A stretch of DNA of 64,000 nucleotides from Synechococcales cyanobacterium VAR_4_metabat_354 (GCA_031414775.1 JANOQI010000016.1:160001-224000); one strand, 5' to 3'; shown: positions 30,885 through 41,036, counted from the first letter of the stretch. Numbers and translations: made by a program. The notes: generated from the letters alone by a model not told the origin.

Positions 30885-31250
30885 ATGAAAAAGAATCTCA
30901 CCAGTGTCGTTACTGCTGCTGCTGCTATATTTTTAGGCGCTTTACCATCTTTTGCGGGTGATCAAAAAGCTCCCGCAGCTACTAATGGTTCTAACGCAAA
31001 CTTTGGTATAGATAGTCCTATTCCGACACCAAGCTTGGTGCCAATAGCTGCTACGGCTATTAACGGCCTGGCTCAAGCTGAGTTCTTGCAGCAAAAATTT
31101 GCAGAGGACAGAGCGGCCGCCGAGAAAAAACTCGCAGCAGATAAGGCTGCGGCCGAGCAAAGCGATGCGCTAAAAAATCTCACTGAAAATGAAACTATTG
31201 CTGTTGCGCCAGAGCCAGTTGAATCAACTGAGATGCTCACACTGGATTAA
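30885..31250 (+). CDS. secreted protein, likely paralog of 30174-30653
   Basis: Similar RBS context and signal peptide ending PSFA; NG(S)NxNFG, LAQAEFLQQK and ETIAVA motifs shared. Confidence 0.75.
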   Translation: MKKNLTSVVTAAAAIFLGALPSFAGDQKAPAATNGSNANFGIDSPIPTPSLVPIAATAINGLAQAEFLQQKFAEDRAAAEKKLAADKAAAEQSDALKNLTENETIAVAPEPVESTEMLTLD

Positions 31251-31257
31251 CTTACCG

Positions 31258-31929
31258 CTAATTAAATCCAGCAATTAAGCCTGTAAAAAGACCTAAACCA
31301 TCGATACTACCCAGCTTGCTATCAGCGGCTCTTTCGGGGTGGGGCATCATTCCCAGTACGTTTTTTTGCTGGTTACAGATTCCAGCGATATTATTAAGCG
31401 AGCCATTCGGATTATTGCCCGCATAGCGAAATAAAATTTGCTGATTATCTTCTAGCTGTTGGATAGTGTCGGGTTCAGCATAATAGCAACCCTCACCATG
31501 AGCAATCGGTAAAGAAATCTCAGGCTGATTTTTATAGTCTGTTGTCCAAGGTAAGTCGGTCTTGGTAACGCTCAAAGGTACCCGGTCGCAGATAAAGTGT
31601 AAATCGCGATTGCGCACTAAGGCTCCTGGCAATAGACCCACTTCTGTTAAAACCTGAAAACCGTTACAAATTCCTAATACATACTTGCCTTGCTGGGCAT
31701 GATTCACCACTGCTTTCATCACCGGCGAAAACCGAGCGATCGCGCCACAGCGCAAGTAATCGCCATAGCTAAAGCCCCCTGGTACCACCACCACATCGAT
31801 ATCTGCAATGTCGGTGTCCTCGTGCCAAACCATCCGGGTGGGCATTTTTAACAGATCACGAGTAACATAGGCTACATCTCGATCGCAGTTGGAGCCAGGA
31901 AATACCACAATGCCAAATTTTATAGTCAT
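31258..31929 (-). CDS. purQ: phosphoribosylformylglycinamidine synthase subunit PurQ
   Basis: [32 protein letters not shown]. Confidence 0.97.
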   Translation of the reverse strand: MTIKFGIVVFPGSNCDRDVAYVTRDLLKMPTRMVWHEDTDIADIDVVVVPGGFSYGDYLRCGAIARFSPVMKAVVNHAQQGKYVLGICNGFQVLTEVGLLPGALVRNRDLHFICDRVPLSVTKTDLPWTTDYKNQPEISLPIAHGEGCYYAEPDTIQQLEDNQQILFRYAGNNPNGSLNNIAGICNQQKNVLGMMPHPERAADSKLGSIDGLGLFTGLIAGFN

Positions 31930-31932
31930 GAG

Positions 31933-32193
31933 CTAGACAGCAGGAACAAGTTCAAAACGGTAGTTTTCGATGACTGGATTGGCCAGGAGCTGGTCACAGA
32001 TTTGGTTTAGTTCGGCCTGGGCAGCATTTTCATCATCACTATCCAGACTGACTTCGATATATTTACCAATTCTAACGGCACCCACATTCTGGAAGCCCAA
32101 ATGTTCGATGCCCGATCGCACTGCGGCACCAGCTGGATCTAAAACAGAGGGGCGGAGAGTTACGTAGATCCGAGCTTGATATGATTGAGTCAT
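31933..32193 (-). CDS. purS: phosphoribosylformylglycinamidine synthase subunit PurS
   Basis: VLDPAG, VRIGK, LLANPVIE. Confidence 0.96.
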   Translation of the reverse strand: MTQSYQARIYVTLRPSVLDPAGAAVRSGIEHLGFQNVGAVRIGKYIEVSLDSDDENAAQAELNQICDQLLANPVIENYRFELVPAV

Positions 32194-32294
32194 GCTAATC
32201 GCTTTAATTACTTAAAAATTCAATCCGCCAAACTCAAATATAATATAGCAACGTGGCTGCACATTGGCCGAAAATTTTCATCTATATATCCAGT

Positions 32295-32717
32295 ATGAAA
32301 TTGGAACTAACTCGCAGCCAAGAACGTATCTTGCAACTTCTTCAAGAGCTGCATCGATCGACATCCGCCCAAGACATTTATGTAGAACTACGCAATCGTA
32401 GTCAGGGTGTCGGTCTGGCTACAGTATATCGAGCCTTAGATGCACTGAAACTAGCGGGAGCCGTTCAGGTTCGGACCCTTGGCAGTGGGGAATCCCTGTA
32501 TAGTACTATTCAAGAAGATAAGCATCATCTCACCTGTGTGTATTGTCAAAAGTCGATCCCGATCGCGGAGTGCCCCGTTGATCAGCTAGAAATCAAGCTA
32601 CAAGAGATACACCAGTTTAAGGTGTATTACCATACACTAGAGTTTTTTGGGGTCTGTAGCATCTGTGCTGTAATTCATCCCCCCACCAAGACTGTTCACC
32701 ATCGCCACGATCATTAG
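32295..32717 (+). CDS. zur: Fur-family regulator, Zur/FurB type
   Basis: SAQDIY, GLATVYRAL, HHLTCxxC, ECPV, HTLEFFGxCxxC; ATG 32295. Confidence 0.85.
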   Translation: MKLELTRSQERILQLLQELHRSTSAQDIYVELRNRSQGVGLATVYRALDALKLAGAVQVRTLGSGESLYSTIQEDKHHLTCVYCQKSIPIAECPVDQLEIKLQEIHQFKVYYHTLEFFGVCSICAVIHPPTKTVHHRHDH

Positions 32718-32724
32718 CAGCACC

Positions 32725-33903
32725 ATGGATTTTATTTTTGGCTACATGAGATCGATCGGGATTAGTAATCCACAAGGAACCGGCTGGATGTCAGTGGTGC
32801 TGACTTTTGCGGTGGCTTGGGCGGTCACCTTTAGATTTATTCCTAACCTCCGTTCTTTTGCCCTGAAAGTTGGTTGGGCAGATAGCCCCAATGCTAGGCG
32901 GCTCAATAAAGAACCATTGCCCAATGCTGGTGGATTGGCGATCTATGCTGGTGTGATTGCCGCTTTGATTTTGGCGGCTTGTATCAGCCCCATGATCCTT
33001 CAGAAGATTCTGGTACAGATTTTGGCCATTCTGCTGGGAGCTTCAATCCTGGTATTGGTGGGTTTCATTGACGACCAGTTTGGCTTACCAGCGATGTTTC
33101 GGCTGATTGTCCAAATTTTGGCAGCTTTATTGTTAGTGGTCGTCGGCATCAAAGTTGGGGTGAACTTTGGTACTCCGATCGATGGCTCGCTATCCGTGCT
33201 GGTGACGGTATTTTGGGTGGTAGGCATCACCAATGCCGTCAACTTGATGGATGGGATGGACGGGTTGGCCGGGGGCATTAGTTTTATTGCCGGAATGAGT
33301 CTGCTAGCGGTATCAGCACAGTTTGAGGCTAGGGCAGCGGCCACCTTGATTCTATCGGCAGTATCGGGATCTTCCCTCGGTTTTCTCCGTCATAATTACC
33401 ACCCATCGCGAATTATTTTGGGTGATGCTGGGGCTTACTTTTTGGGCTATGTGTTGGCGGCTACCAGCATTTTGAGTAGTTCTAAGGTCTCTAGTATTTT
33501 TGCCTTGGTGCCCACCGCCATGTTTCTGCTGGTGCCGGTATTAGACACGACCCAAGTGATTGTGCGCCGCTTGCTGGCTGGTAAAAATCCGATGAGTACA
33601 CCGGGCAAAGACCATATTCATCATCGACTGTTGGCCTGGGGTTTTTCGCAGGGGCATTCGGCCGTAATTTTGTGGAGTGCCACGCTGGGTTCTAATCTAG
33701 TGGCCATGTGGTTACAAGGCACCCGGCTTAACGTAATCTTTACCACCGCCCTAGGGACGATGGGTCTGTTGGGGCTGACAGTGTGGCGAAGAATTCAGGC
33801 CACTAGCGCCGTTCAGAATAAAGCCGAACAGCTAGAACTATTGAACAAGACCGATATTGTGGAGCGAGAAAGACCTAAACCTGCCGCCGATTCGGAGTCC
33901 TAG
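32725..33903 (+). CDS. MraY/WecA-family polyprenyl-phosphate GlcNAc-1-P transferase
   Basis: GFIDD, NAVNLMDGMDGL, LGDAG, DHIHHRL. Confidence 0.9.
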   Translation: MDFIFGYMRSIGISNPQGTGWMSVVLTFAVAWAVTFRFIPNLRSFALKVGWADSPNARRLNKEPLPNAGGLAIYAGVIAALILAACISPMILQKILVQILAILLGASILVLVGFIDDQFGLPAMFRLIVQILAALLLVVVGIKVGVNFGTPIDGSLSVLVTVFWVVGITNAVNLMDGMDGLAGGISFIAGMSLLAVSAQFEARAAATLILSAVSGSSLGFLRHNYHPSRIILGDAGAYFLGYVLAATSILSSSKVSSIFALVPTAMFLLVPVLDTTQVIVRRLLAGKNPMSTPGKDHIHHRLLAWGFSQGHSAVILWSATLGSNLVAMWLQGTRLNVIFTTALGTMGLLGLTVWRRIQATSAVQNKAEQLELLNKTDIVERERPKPAADSES

Positions 33904-35552
33904 GTGTTTAATCGGCAAGCGATGGGCATCCGCCAACCAGTACCAAATGCTCGATCGGTAATTTTTAATCCTGGTGGCGCTTGACGACGCTTGAATTCTG
34001 CCCGTCGCAACAACTGGGTGATTTTTACAACCACCGCTGGCTCAAAATCCCGTTCGATTAACTCGGCTGTTGATCGATGCTCACAAATAATTTTTTCTAG
34101 TAAGTCATCTAAAACCTCGTAGGGTGGCAAAGAATCTTGATCGATCTGCCCCGGCTTTAATTCAGCGCTGGGGGGCTTGTCAATAATATTGATGGGAATA
34201 ATTTCCTGGTGGCGGTTCAGCCAGCGACACAGCGAATAAACGCGGGTTTTAGGCAGGTCGGCAATGACAGCTAAGCCGCCGTTCATATCGCCATAGAGAG
34301 TGCAGTAGCCCACCGCTATCTCGGATTTGTTGCCCGTGGACAAAAGCAAATGACCAAATTTGTTAGCGATCGCCATCAACAAATTACCCCGAATCCGCGA
34401 CTGGATATTTTCTTCAGCAATGCCAAATTCGGTATCTGCGAACAGAGGAGCCAGAGTTCGATCGAACCCCGTCATCAACTCTTGGATCGGTAGCTGAGTT
34501 GTCTGAATACCCAAATTCTGGCCGAGATCGATCGCGTCAGTAATAGAGTGATCGGAGCTGTAGGGCGACGGCATTAAGACTCCCAGCACTTGCTCGCCCC
34601 CCAGTGCTGCTGCCGCAATCGCGGCCACCAGTGCCGAATCAATGCCGCCGCTCAAGCCCAACAGCACTTTGCTGAATCCACATTTGTGAGTATAGTCCCG
34701 CACGCCCAACACCAATGCCTGCCAAATTTCTTCATCTTGGTGATCGATCGATCCCGCAATTACGCCCGGTTGTAAATCACCTTGCTGAAACTCCACTACC
34801 GATAAATCAGTTACAAAAGACTGGCTTCTAATAACCAGTTGGCCCTGTCGATCGAACCCCATGCTACCACCATCAAAAATCAAATCATCATTGGCACCCA
34901 CTTGGTTTACATACAAAATGGGTTGGCCATAGCGCTGTGCGGCATGTTGCAGCATCGCTTCCCGCACCTGCTGTTTTCCCACTGTATAGGGCGAAGCCGA
35001 AAGATTCACAATCAAATCTACCCCTTGAGCAGTTAACTCTTCGATCGGATTAGCTAAATACTGGCGCTTGCCCCAAAAATCCTGATCATTCCAAAGGTCT
35101 TCGCAGATAGTTACACCAATTTTGTAGTCCTGGAGTTGAAAATAATTACTACTCGCTCCCGCCTGGAAATAACGATTTTCATCAAAAACATCGTAGGTAG
35201 GGAGTAGTCGTTTGTGAAAAAGCTGCTGAACCTGGCCATTGAGCAGCAAAGCCGTACTGTTAAACAGTGGCTTACCAACATCGGGCTGCGAATTCTGGCT
35301 AGCAAATCCTACCAGTACAGCTAAACCCGTTGGTAGTTGAGTAGCCAACTGCGCCAATCGCTCCGCCATCGCTTTGATCAGGCCAGGATTTAGTAGCAAA
35401 TCACGCGGTGGATAGCCACAAAGTGATAACTCCGGAGTCAGCATCAAGTCTGCTTGTTGAGATTGAGCCTGTTTAGCCATTGCTAAAATCTGAGCCGCAT
35501 TACCAGCTAAGTCACCAACGATCGGATTAATTTGAGCTAATGCAATTTTCAT
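33900..35552 (-). CDS. nadE: glutamine-dependent NAD+ synthetase
   Basis: Nitrilase-like domain (PELSLCGY, ICEDLW) plus SGGIDS, NKSE, PPSAEL. Confidence 0.95.
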   Translation of the reverse strand: MKIALAQINPIVGDLAGNAAQILAMAKQAQSQQADLMLTPELSLCGYPPRDLLLNPGLIKAMAERLAQLATQLPTGLAVLVGFASQNSQPDVGKPLFNSTALLLNGQVQQLFHKRLLPTYDVFDENRYFQAGASSNYFQLQDYKIGVTICEDLWNDQDFWGKRQYLANPIEELTAQGVDLIVNLSASPYTVGKQQVREAMLQHAAQRYGQPILYVNQVGANDDLIFDGGSMGFDRQGQLVIRSQSFVTDLSVVEFQQGDLQPGVIAGSIDHQDEEIWQALVLGVRDYTHKCGFSKVLLGLSGGIDSALVAAIAAAALGGEQVLGVLMPSPYSSDHSITDAIDLGQNLGIQTTQLPIQELMTGFDRTLAPLFADTEFGIAEENIQSRIRGNLLMAIANKFGHLLLSTGNKSEIAVGYCTLYGDMNGGLAVIADLPKTRVYSLCRWLNRHQEIIPINIIDKPPSAELKPGQIDQDSLPPYEVLDDLLEKIICEHRSTAELIERDFEPAVVVKITQLLRRAEFKRRQAPPGLKITDRAFGTGWRMPIACRLNT

Positions 35553-35608
35553 GAAAATTACCAAAGAAAAATATTAATTTATAGAAAAAAACTATAAAAC
35601 TGAGTTAC

Positions 35609-36349
35609 TCAGACAAAAACCAAAGGTCGATCGCGCAACGGCTCAAACGCCACCGCATCAAACCGATACAAACTAGCCGGCCGACCACTCCCCCGCACCG
35701 CCTTCACCCCCGTCTCCACCAAAAAACCCAACTTCAGCAACCGATTCCGAAAATTAGAATAGTCCGAGAAATCTGCCCCCAAAATCGTCGTATACAGCTG
35801 GTAGATATCACTGAGCGTAAACGCCTCCGGCAGCACATCAAACGCGATCGGACTATACTCCAACTTATTGCGTAACCGCCGTTCCCCATAAGCCAAAATC
35901 TCCCGATGATCAAATGCCAAATCTGGCAGACTATTCACTGGATACCAAGCAATGCCCCCCACCCCCGTCGCAATCAACTCCGCTTCCTCAAACCGCACCA
36001 AGGCAAAATAGCTCACCGATAAATAGCGCACCCCAAAACTATCGATCGATTCCCGCGGATCCCGCCCCGGTCCCCCGAAACTATAGAGCTGCTCCAAATA
36101 TAAATTCTTGACCTTAATTTTCTCGGCCAGAATGCGATCAGCAGCGGACTCTAAAGATTCCCCACGGCGCACTAGAGTTCCGGGCAAACTCCACTGTCCC
36201 AAAAAAGGTTCCTCTCCGCGCATCACCAACAACACTAACAATCGATTTTGAATGGTATCCACCGAGAAAATGACATTATCGACCCCGACCTTAAAGTCGG
36301 CTAGAGCCTCGGCATCTCCAGATTTTTTTGAGCTTCGTTCCGCAACCAT
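35609..36349 (-). CDS. nrtR: NrtR, Nudix-related transcriptional regulator
   Basis: Degenerate Nudix box, LEQLYSF, LAFDH, wHTH tail SNFR...GRPASLYRF; located in NAD operon. Confidence 0.9.
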   Translation of the reverse strand: MVAERSSKKSGDAEALADFKVGVDNVIFSVDTIQNRLLVLLVMRGEEPFLGQWSLPGTLVRRGESLESAADRILAEKIKVKNLYLEQLYSFGGPGRDPRESIDSFGVRYLSVSYFALVRFEEAELIATGVGGIAWYPVNSLPDLAFDHREILAYGERRLRNKLEYSPIAFDVLPEAFTLSDIYQLYTTILGADFSDYSNFRNRLLKLGFLVETGVKAVRGSGRPASLYRFDAVAFEPLRDRPLVFV

Positions 36350-36356
36350 AAGGCAA

Positions 36357-36935
36357 TCAATTTTTCTTAGTTTTCAAATGATAGAGATCCAGTCGATCGA
36401 TATAGGCAGCCACTGCTGGCGTTAAGCCATATAGATCGTGGTGCTGGCGAATGGCCGTTGAAGAAACTGGCGGGGTCTTCAGATCAGTAACCAACTGCAC
36501 CCGTCCCCCTAACTCAGCCAAACGGCGCAATGATTCTGGCTGAATCGACCAACCGGGACGGGGCACCACCAATAACTCCACTTGCCGAATTAGTTCAATG
36601 CCACCTTGCCAGCGCTCGATCTGACTCACCAAATCGCCCCCAATCACCAAGCTAAATTCAGCTGTTGGCCACAACTGCTGGGCAAAATTCAGAGTTTTGT
36701 AGGTGTAGCGGTGGCTGAGTTCTTGATAAACCCGCACTTGGGGATGGTTCAAGTCGGCTACCAATAATTCCAGCATCCTGGCGCGCTGTCCCAAAGTAGC
36801 CTCATGGACTTTGTCAGGATTGTCGGCTGCCCACACCGCCACCAGGGGGAAACTTTCGCTTAACCAATGCATGATTTTTTGGTGAGCCAGAGTTGGCGGA
36901 TCGGCACTAGTGCCAAATAGGGCTATTTTCATCAT
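36357..36935 (-). CDS. nadD: nicotinate-nucleotide adenylyltransferase
   Basis: FGTSADPPTLAH, IGGDL, VSSTAIR. Confidence 0.88.
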   Translation of the reverse strand: MMKIALFGTSADPPTLAHQKIMHWLSESFPLVAVWAADNPDKVHEATLGQRARMLELLVADLNHPQVRVYQELSHRYTYKTLNFAQQLWPTAEFSLVIGGDLVSQIERWQGGIELIRQVELLVVPRPGWSIQPESLRRLAELGGRVQLVTDLKTPPVSSTAIRQHHDLYGLTPAVAAYIDRLDLYHLKTKKN

Positions 36936-38287
36936 TGCAGCTCCTGCATGACAGCGACCAAGTCTGGCCTGATTTTTGCTGCCACCTCCAGTGGTCGATC
37001 AATATCCCGCACCTCAGCTGGCAAACTGGCTACATTTTGTTGAGTTCGATCGCGAATTTGCATCAGACTTTCCGATGGGATAATTTGCTGGCCATTGGCC
37101 ATGACCAACTTCAATAATCCCGGTTGCTGATGATCGATTAAACCCAAGCTGTCACTTTGCCACTGACCCTGGCTCAACTGGCGATAAATTTGCTTTTTGC
37201 CGGGATAGGTTTGCTTGCCCGTGGCTTTTTTCATTGTCGGATGACCATCAATCTCCACTAATTTATAGACCCCATTGACTGGTTGACCAGTGACCAGCTT
37301 TGTTCCTAATCCATAACCGTCGATTTTAGCCCCAGCTGATCGCAGTTTAGCAATTTCCCATTCATCCAAATCGCCACTGGCGAAGATTTTAGTATCCGGT
37401 AAAAGTTGGTTGATCAGCTGCGATAGAGCCACCAAATCACCAGAATCTAGACGAATACCAGGGACTTTCATCTCACCAGCATCAACTTTGACGGCCAGTT
37501 GCTGGACAGCAGCGATCGGATCGAAAGTATCAATTAACAAGGGCGATTGGGGAAAATACTTCTGAAAAGTAGTAAATGCTTGTTGCTCGCTGCCACTAGT
37601 AGCAGCGATCGCCATCACCAATGAATGCGCCATCGTGCCACTGGGCTTGACTCCTAACTGAAGAGCGGCCAACACATTAGAAGTCGTATCCAAACCCGCT
37701 GCGATCGATGCCCGGGCAGCCCACAATGCTGCCTGGGGGCTAAAAGCTCGCCTAGTACCAAATTCTAAGAGCGTCGCCTCGGCTCCGGCTACATCCCGCA
37801 GCCGAGCAGCTCGCGTTGCAATTAGGGTTTGATAATTAATCGTATTAAGTAAAAAAGTCTCCACCAGCTGCGCCTGCCAGAGCGGTGCTTCCACCCGCAG
37901 GATCGGTTCATGGGCAAAGATGGCGGTGCCTTCGGATACCGCCCACACATCCCCGGTGAACTTTGCTGCCGCCAATAATTGCCAGAAGGTGGTGGGGGCG
38001 TGCTCAAAAACTTCTAGCTGTTGCAAGGCGGTAATTTGGGTGGCGGTAAACCGCAAATTTCGCAAATATTCCAGAGCCTGAGTTAGCCCCATCGCAATTA
38101 AATAACCAAAGGATTTTGGTAGTTTTCTCACGAATAGCTCAAAACTGGCTGGTCGTTGATCGAGCTGTTCACCCACATAGCAAGCGGTCATGGTGAGCTG
38201 ATAAAGATCGGTCAGCAAGCTATAGTCAGACATCTGTGGCAATGTAGTCAATGCTAAAGGAGCCACTGGTTGGTGGGTAATAGTCAT
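36932..38287 (-). CDS. pncB: nicotinate phosphoribosyltransferase
   Basis: LLTDLYQLTM, EFGTRR, GTMAHS, IRLDSGD, GVYKLVE. Confidence 0.95.
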   Translation of the reverse strand: MTITHQPVAPLALTTLPQMSDYSLLTDLYQLTMTACYVGEQLDQRPASFELFVRKLPKSFGYLIAMGLTQALEYLRNLRFTATQITALQQLEVFEHAPTTFWQLLAAAKFTGDVWAVSEGTAIFAHEPILRVEAPLWQAQLVETFLLNTINYQTLIATRAARLRDVAGAEATLLEFGTRRAFSPQAALWAARASIAAGLDTTSNVLAALQLGVKPSGTMAHSLVMAIAATSGSEQQAFTTFQKYFPQSPLLIDTFDPIAAVQQLAVKVDAGEMKVPGIRLDSGDLVALSQLINQLLPDTKIFASGDLDEWEIAKLRSAGAKIDGYGLGTKLVTGQPVNGVYKLVEIDGHPTMKKATGKQTYPGKKQIYRQLSQGQWQSDSLGLIDHQQPGLLKLVMANGQQIIPSESLMQIRDRTQQNVASLPAEVRDIDRPLEVAAKIRPDLVAVMQELQ

Positions 38288-38313
38288 AAACAGCTCTTAA
38301 AATCTTTTTTTTA

Positions 38314-38334
38314 TTATGGTGTTATTTACCACAA
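38314..38334. promoter_or_regulatory. NrtR operator
   Basis: 21-bp palindrome TTATGGT-GTTATTT-ACCACAA with GT-N7-AC core just upstream of pncB. Confidence 0.75.
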
Positions 38335-38458
38335 ATAGTCAAGTATTTTTTGTAAAAATACTGCTTATTAATATATTAAAGTGTTACAAAGAAAATACAC
38401 TTCATTAGGAATTTCTCTACTAGAATGCAGTATCAGAAATTGCTAGCCCCAGAAAATA

Positions 38459-39586
38459 ATGGTTTTTGTCCTCAATTCCGACAATATTTTTGATTACTTG
38501 GATCGGGCACAGCTGGGAATACCCGATCGATCAGCTGCTACCGTAAAATTAATTGGTGCTAAAAACTTTAACCTGCTGGTACAATCGCCCGGAGCCGATC
38601 CTTTGCTGGTCAAGCAAGAAACAATTAGTGCCGATGGTCAGCAAGCGGGGGAACTGTTTACAGAATGGAAACTGCAACAGCTTATTCCCCAAATTCCAGA
38701 ACTGCGATCGATCGCCAGCTTCATGCCCGAAATTTTGCACTGCGATCCCGATAACTCGATTGTGATTAATCGTTTCTTTGACCAGTACCAAGACCTGGCC
38801 GATTATTACAACCACCAATCAACATTTCCGTCCGAGCTTGCTACCATTCTGGGTCAGCGATTGGGATTAGTTCATCGGTTGTCGTTTGCTCGATCAGACT
38901 ATCAGCAGCAGATCGAGACAGCTATTGGTGACCGAAAGTTAATGGCACATCGCATCGTGCAGCGCTTAGCACGTTTATCGCCTGGTCTGCTGGGTATGAT
39001 GCCGATCGAATGCCTCCAGTTTTTTAAGCTCTACCAGCAATATCCCAGTCTCGGGGCGGCGATGCAGCAGCTGGCAGAGAGTAGTGTGGCTTGTTGCCTG
39101 GTACACAATGACCTGAAGCTGAACAACGTGTTGGTGTGGCCAGAGTCCAGTGATGCCAAAATTCGGTTGATTGATTGGGAACGAGCGGCCTGGGGCGATC
39201 CCGCCGGAGATTTGGGAATGCTGATTGCTAGCTATTTAGAGTTGTGGCTAGAAAGTATGGTGGTGAGCAATGAACTGAGTATTTCCGAATCTTTGCAACT
39301 GGCTACTGTGCCGTTGGAGCTACTGCAACCGTCATTACTGGCGCTCATTGTGAGTTATCTGAATACTTTTCCCCAAATTATTGATACTCAACCGCAATAT
39401 CTGCAACGGGTACTGCAATGTACGGGAATGTCGTTAATTTATCGGATTGAAGCAATTATGGAATTCGATCGATACTTTGGCAACCAGGGGATCATGATGT
39501 TGCAAGTTGCCAAGCAACTATTGTGTAACCCTGCTGATTTTATGAATACTGTATTTGGTGAAAATGCTCAGGAGTTATTGCAATAA
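38459..39586 (+). CDS. APH-family phosphotransferase (LanK-like peptide kinase)
   Basis: KNFNLL, VKQE, HNDLKLNN catalytic loop, IDWE, WGDPAGDLG. Confidence 0.88.
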   Translation: MVFVLNSDNIFDYLDRAQLGIPDRSAATVKLIGAKNFNLLVQSPGADPLLVKQETISADGQQAGELFTEWKLQQLIPQIPELRSIASFMPEILHCDPDNSIVINRFFDQYQDLADYYNHQSTFPSELATILGQRLGLVHRLSFARSDYQQQIETAIGDRKLMAHRIVQRLARLSPGLLGMMPIECLQFFKLYQQYPSLGAAMQQLAESSVACCLVHNDLKLNNVLVWPESSDAKIRLIDWERAAWGDPAGDLGMLIASYLELWLESMVVSNELSISESLQLATVPLELLQPSLLALIVSYLNTFPQIIDTQPQYLQRVLQCTGMSLIYRIEAIMEFDRYFGNQGIMMLQVAKQLLCNPADFMNTVFGENAQELLQ

Positions 39587-40650
39587 TGCTAGATGCCGCC
39601 ACTACTTTCATGCAAATGGCTGAGACTGTTTTACAGGAAATAGCCGATGTAATTACAATCGATTCAAAATTAACTATTCATCACCCTAGTTATCCAGAAT
39701 GGTTAGTGCCAGAGTTAGTTAGTAATCGACTGCAAGATAGTCCCAGAGAAATTCAGGCGAAGTTCTTGTGTGCTCAGCTCCAAGCCTATCTTCACTGCAT
39801 TTATTTCAGTCGTTCTCTATTGCCTTTGGCAGCTTCAGCTAGTGCGGCAACTCCGCCCCTGGTTATCCACAACAGTACGATCAAGGGCATTGATACCGCG
39901 TTTTATGCTCAGATCGATCGAGCGAATTGTAGCCAAGGTTATTATGATCCAGACTGGATTATTGAGGGTGATGAAGATGATGGCATGGTGGCGGTAGTCA
40001 AAGAAGGTCTGCGTTTGCATGTGTGGCCACCCTACATCTATCCTGATTATCAAACCCTGGCCGAGGGCGATCGAGCCGCGATCATTATGCCCAAAAATCT
40101 CCTGACGATCGATCGATATATCGCGATCAGTAATTATGGTCGAGTGCGACAGCAACCCATCATTAATCTTTACTTTAGTTGTCCGCCAGATCCGGCGATC
40201 GCGGTTATTACTCAAATTACTACCGCCTTAAACTCTCTGGAACTGCCTTTTGAACTGCAAGTGCAGCTAGCACCTAGTAAATATCAGCAGACCGATTCTT
40301 TAATTCTTCAGTTAGCTGTCGCCGACTACCCCACCGCCCAACCAGCTCTGAGCAAAATCCATGGCCAATATCGATCGCAATTTTACGATCAAACTCCCAG
40401 CCTCACTCAACCCGTCGCCACTGGTGTCGGTCTGTCTACAGCAACCACTGACCAATATGGAGTCTCGCAATTATGGCAATTAGTTGCTCAGGCGCTAGCC
40501 GAATCTTGGCTGCTCCAAACTGTGGATACTAAGACGAAGATCGATCGGATCTGGCAAGCATTGGAGCAAGCCGATATTAGGTCCTCGGTGGAGATTGCTC
40601 ACGAACAGCAACAGCTCACGTCAAATTTAGATAGTTATCAGTCGTGGTAA
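39586..40650 (+). CDS. HopA1-family (LanY-like) protein, divergent
   Basis: TAATG overlap with kinase; FY..I..AN.SQGYYDPDW, AVVKEGL.LH, MPKN, LYF, LN...PF, PxLT..V..GVGL layout. Confidence 0.75.
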   Translation: MLDAATTFMQMAETVLQEIADVITIDSKLTIHHPSYPEWLVPELVSNRLQDSPREIQAKFLCAQLQAYLHCIYFSRSLLPLAASASAATPPLVIHNSTIKGIDTAFYAQIDRANCSQGYYDPDWIIEGDEDDGMVAVVKEGLRLHVWPPYIYPDYQTLAEGDRAAIIMPKNLLTIDRYIAISNYGRVRQQPIINLYFSCPPDPAIAVITQITTALNSLELPFELQVQLAPSKYQQTDSLILQLAVADYPTAQPALSKIHGQYRSQFYDQTPSLTQPVATGVGLSTATTDQYGVSQLWQLVAQALAESWLLQTVDTKTKIDRIWQALEQADIRSSVEIAHEQQQLTSNLDSYQSW

Positions 40651-40796
40651 TGGCAGCTTTTTTCATGCAAATGGCTGATACTTTTTTCAGATAAATAGCT
40701 GATGAAAATACAATTTATTTCCTGTAGTGATTTTGGAAAACAACAATAGTCCACGTCAAATTTAGATAGCTATAGTCGTGATTAATGGCAACTTTG
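40651..40796 (+). pseudogene. collapsed remnant of a second hopA1-like copy
   Basis: 40660-40721 resembles 39605-39665 (gene start); 40727-40796 resembles 40591-40660 (gene end). Confidence 0.7.
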
Positions 40797-41036
40797 TATA
40801 AAATATTGTTATGTTGGCTGCACAACGCCTAGACACTTCATGTAAATTAAAATAGTCTCAAATACTTGGTTAGTAAAGTTTACAGCTATTAGTTGCTAAC
40901 TGAATAAAATAAAATATTGACCACCCACTTTACAAATATAGTGATGTGACATTAAGCTATCAAATATAGTAACTAATAACTTTCTCATAAGGAATTAGTT
41001 CTCTTTACGAATTTATGCATCTACTGGAGTTTTAAT

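Noticed and set aside
38459..40650. Antibiotic-resistance kinase plus true type III effector
   Set aside because: Coupling to a GG-leader peptide and C39 exporter fits RiPP maturation; no T3SS genes in the window
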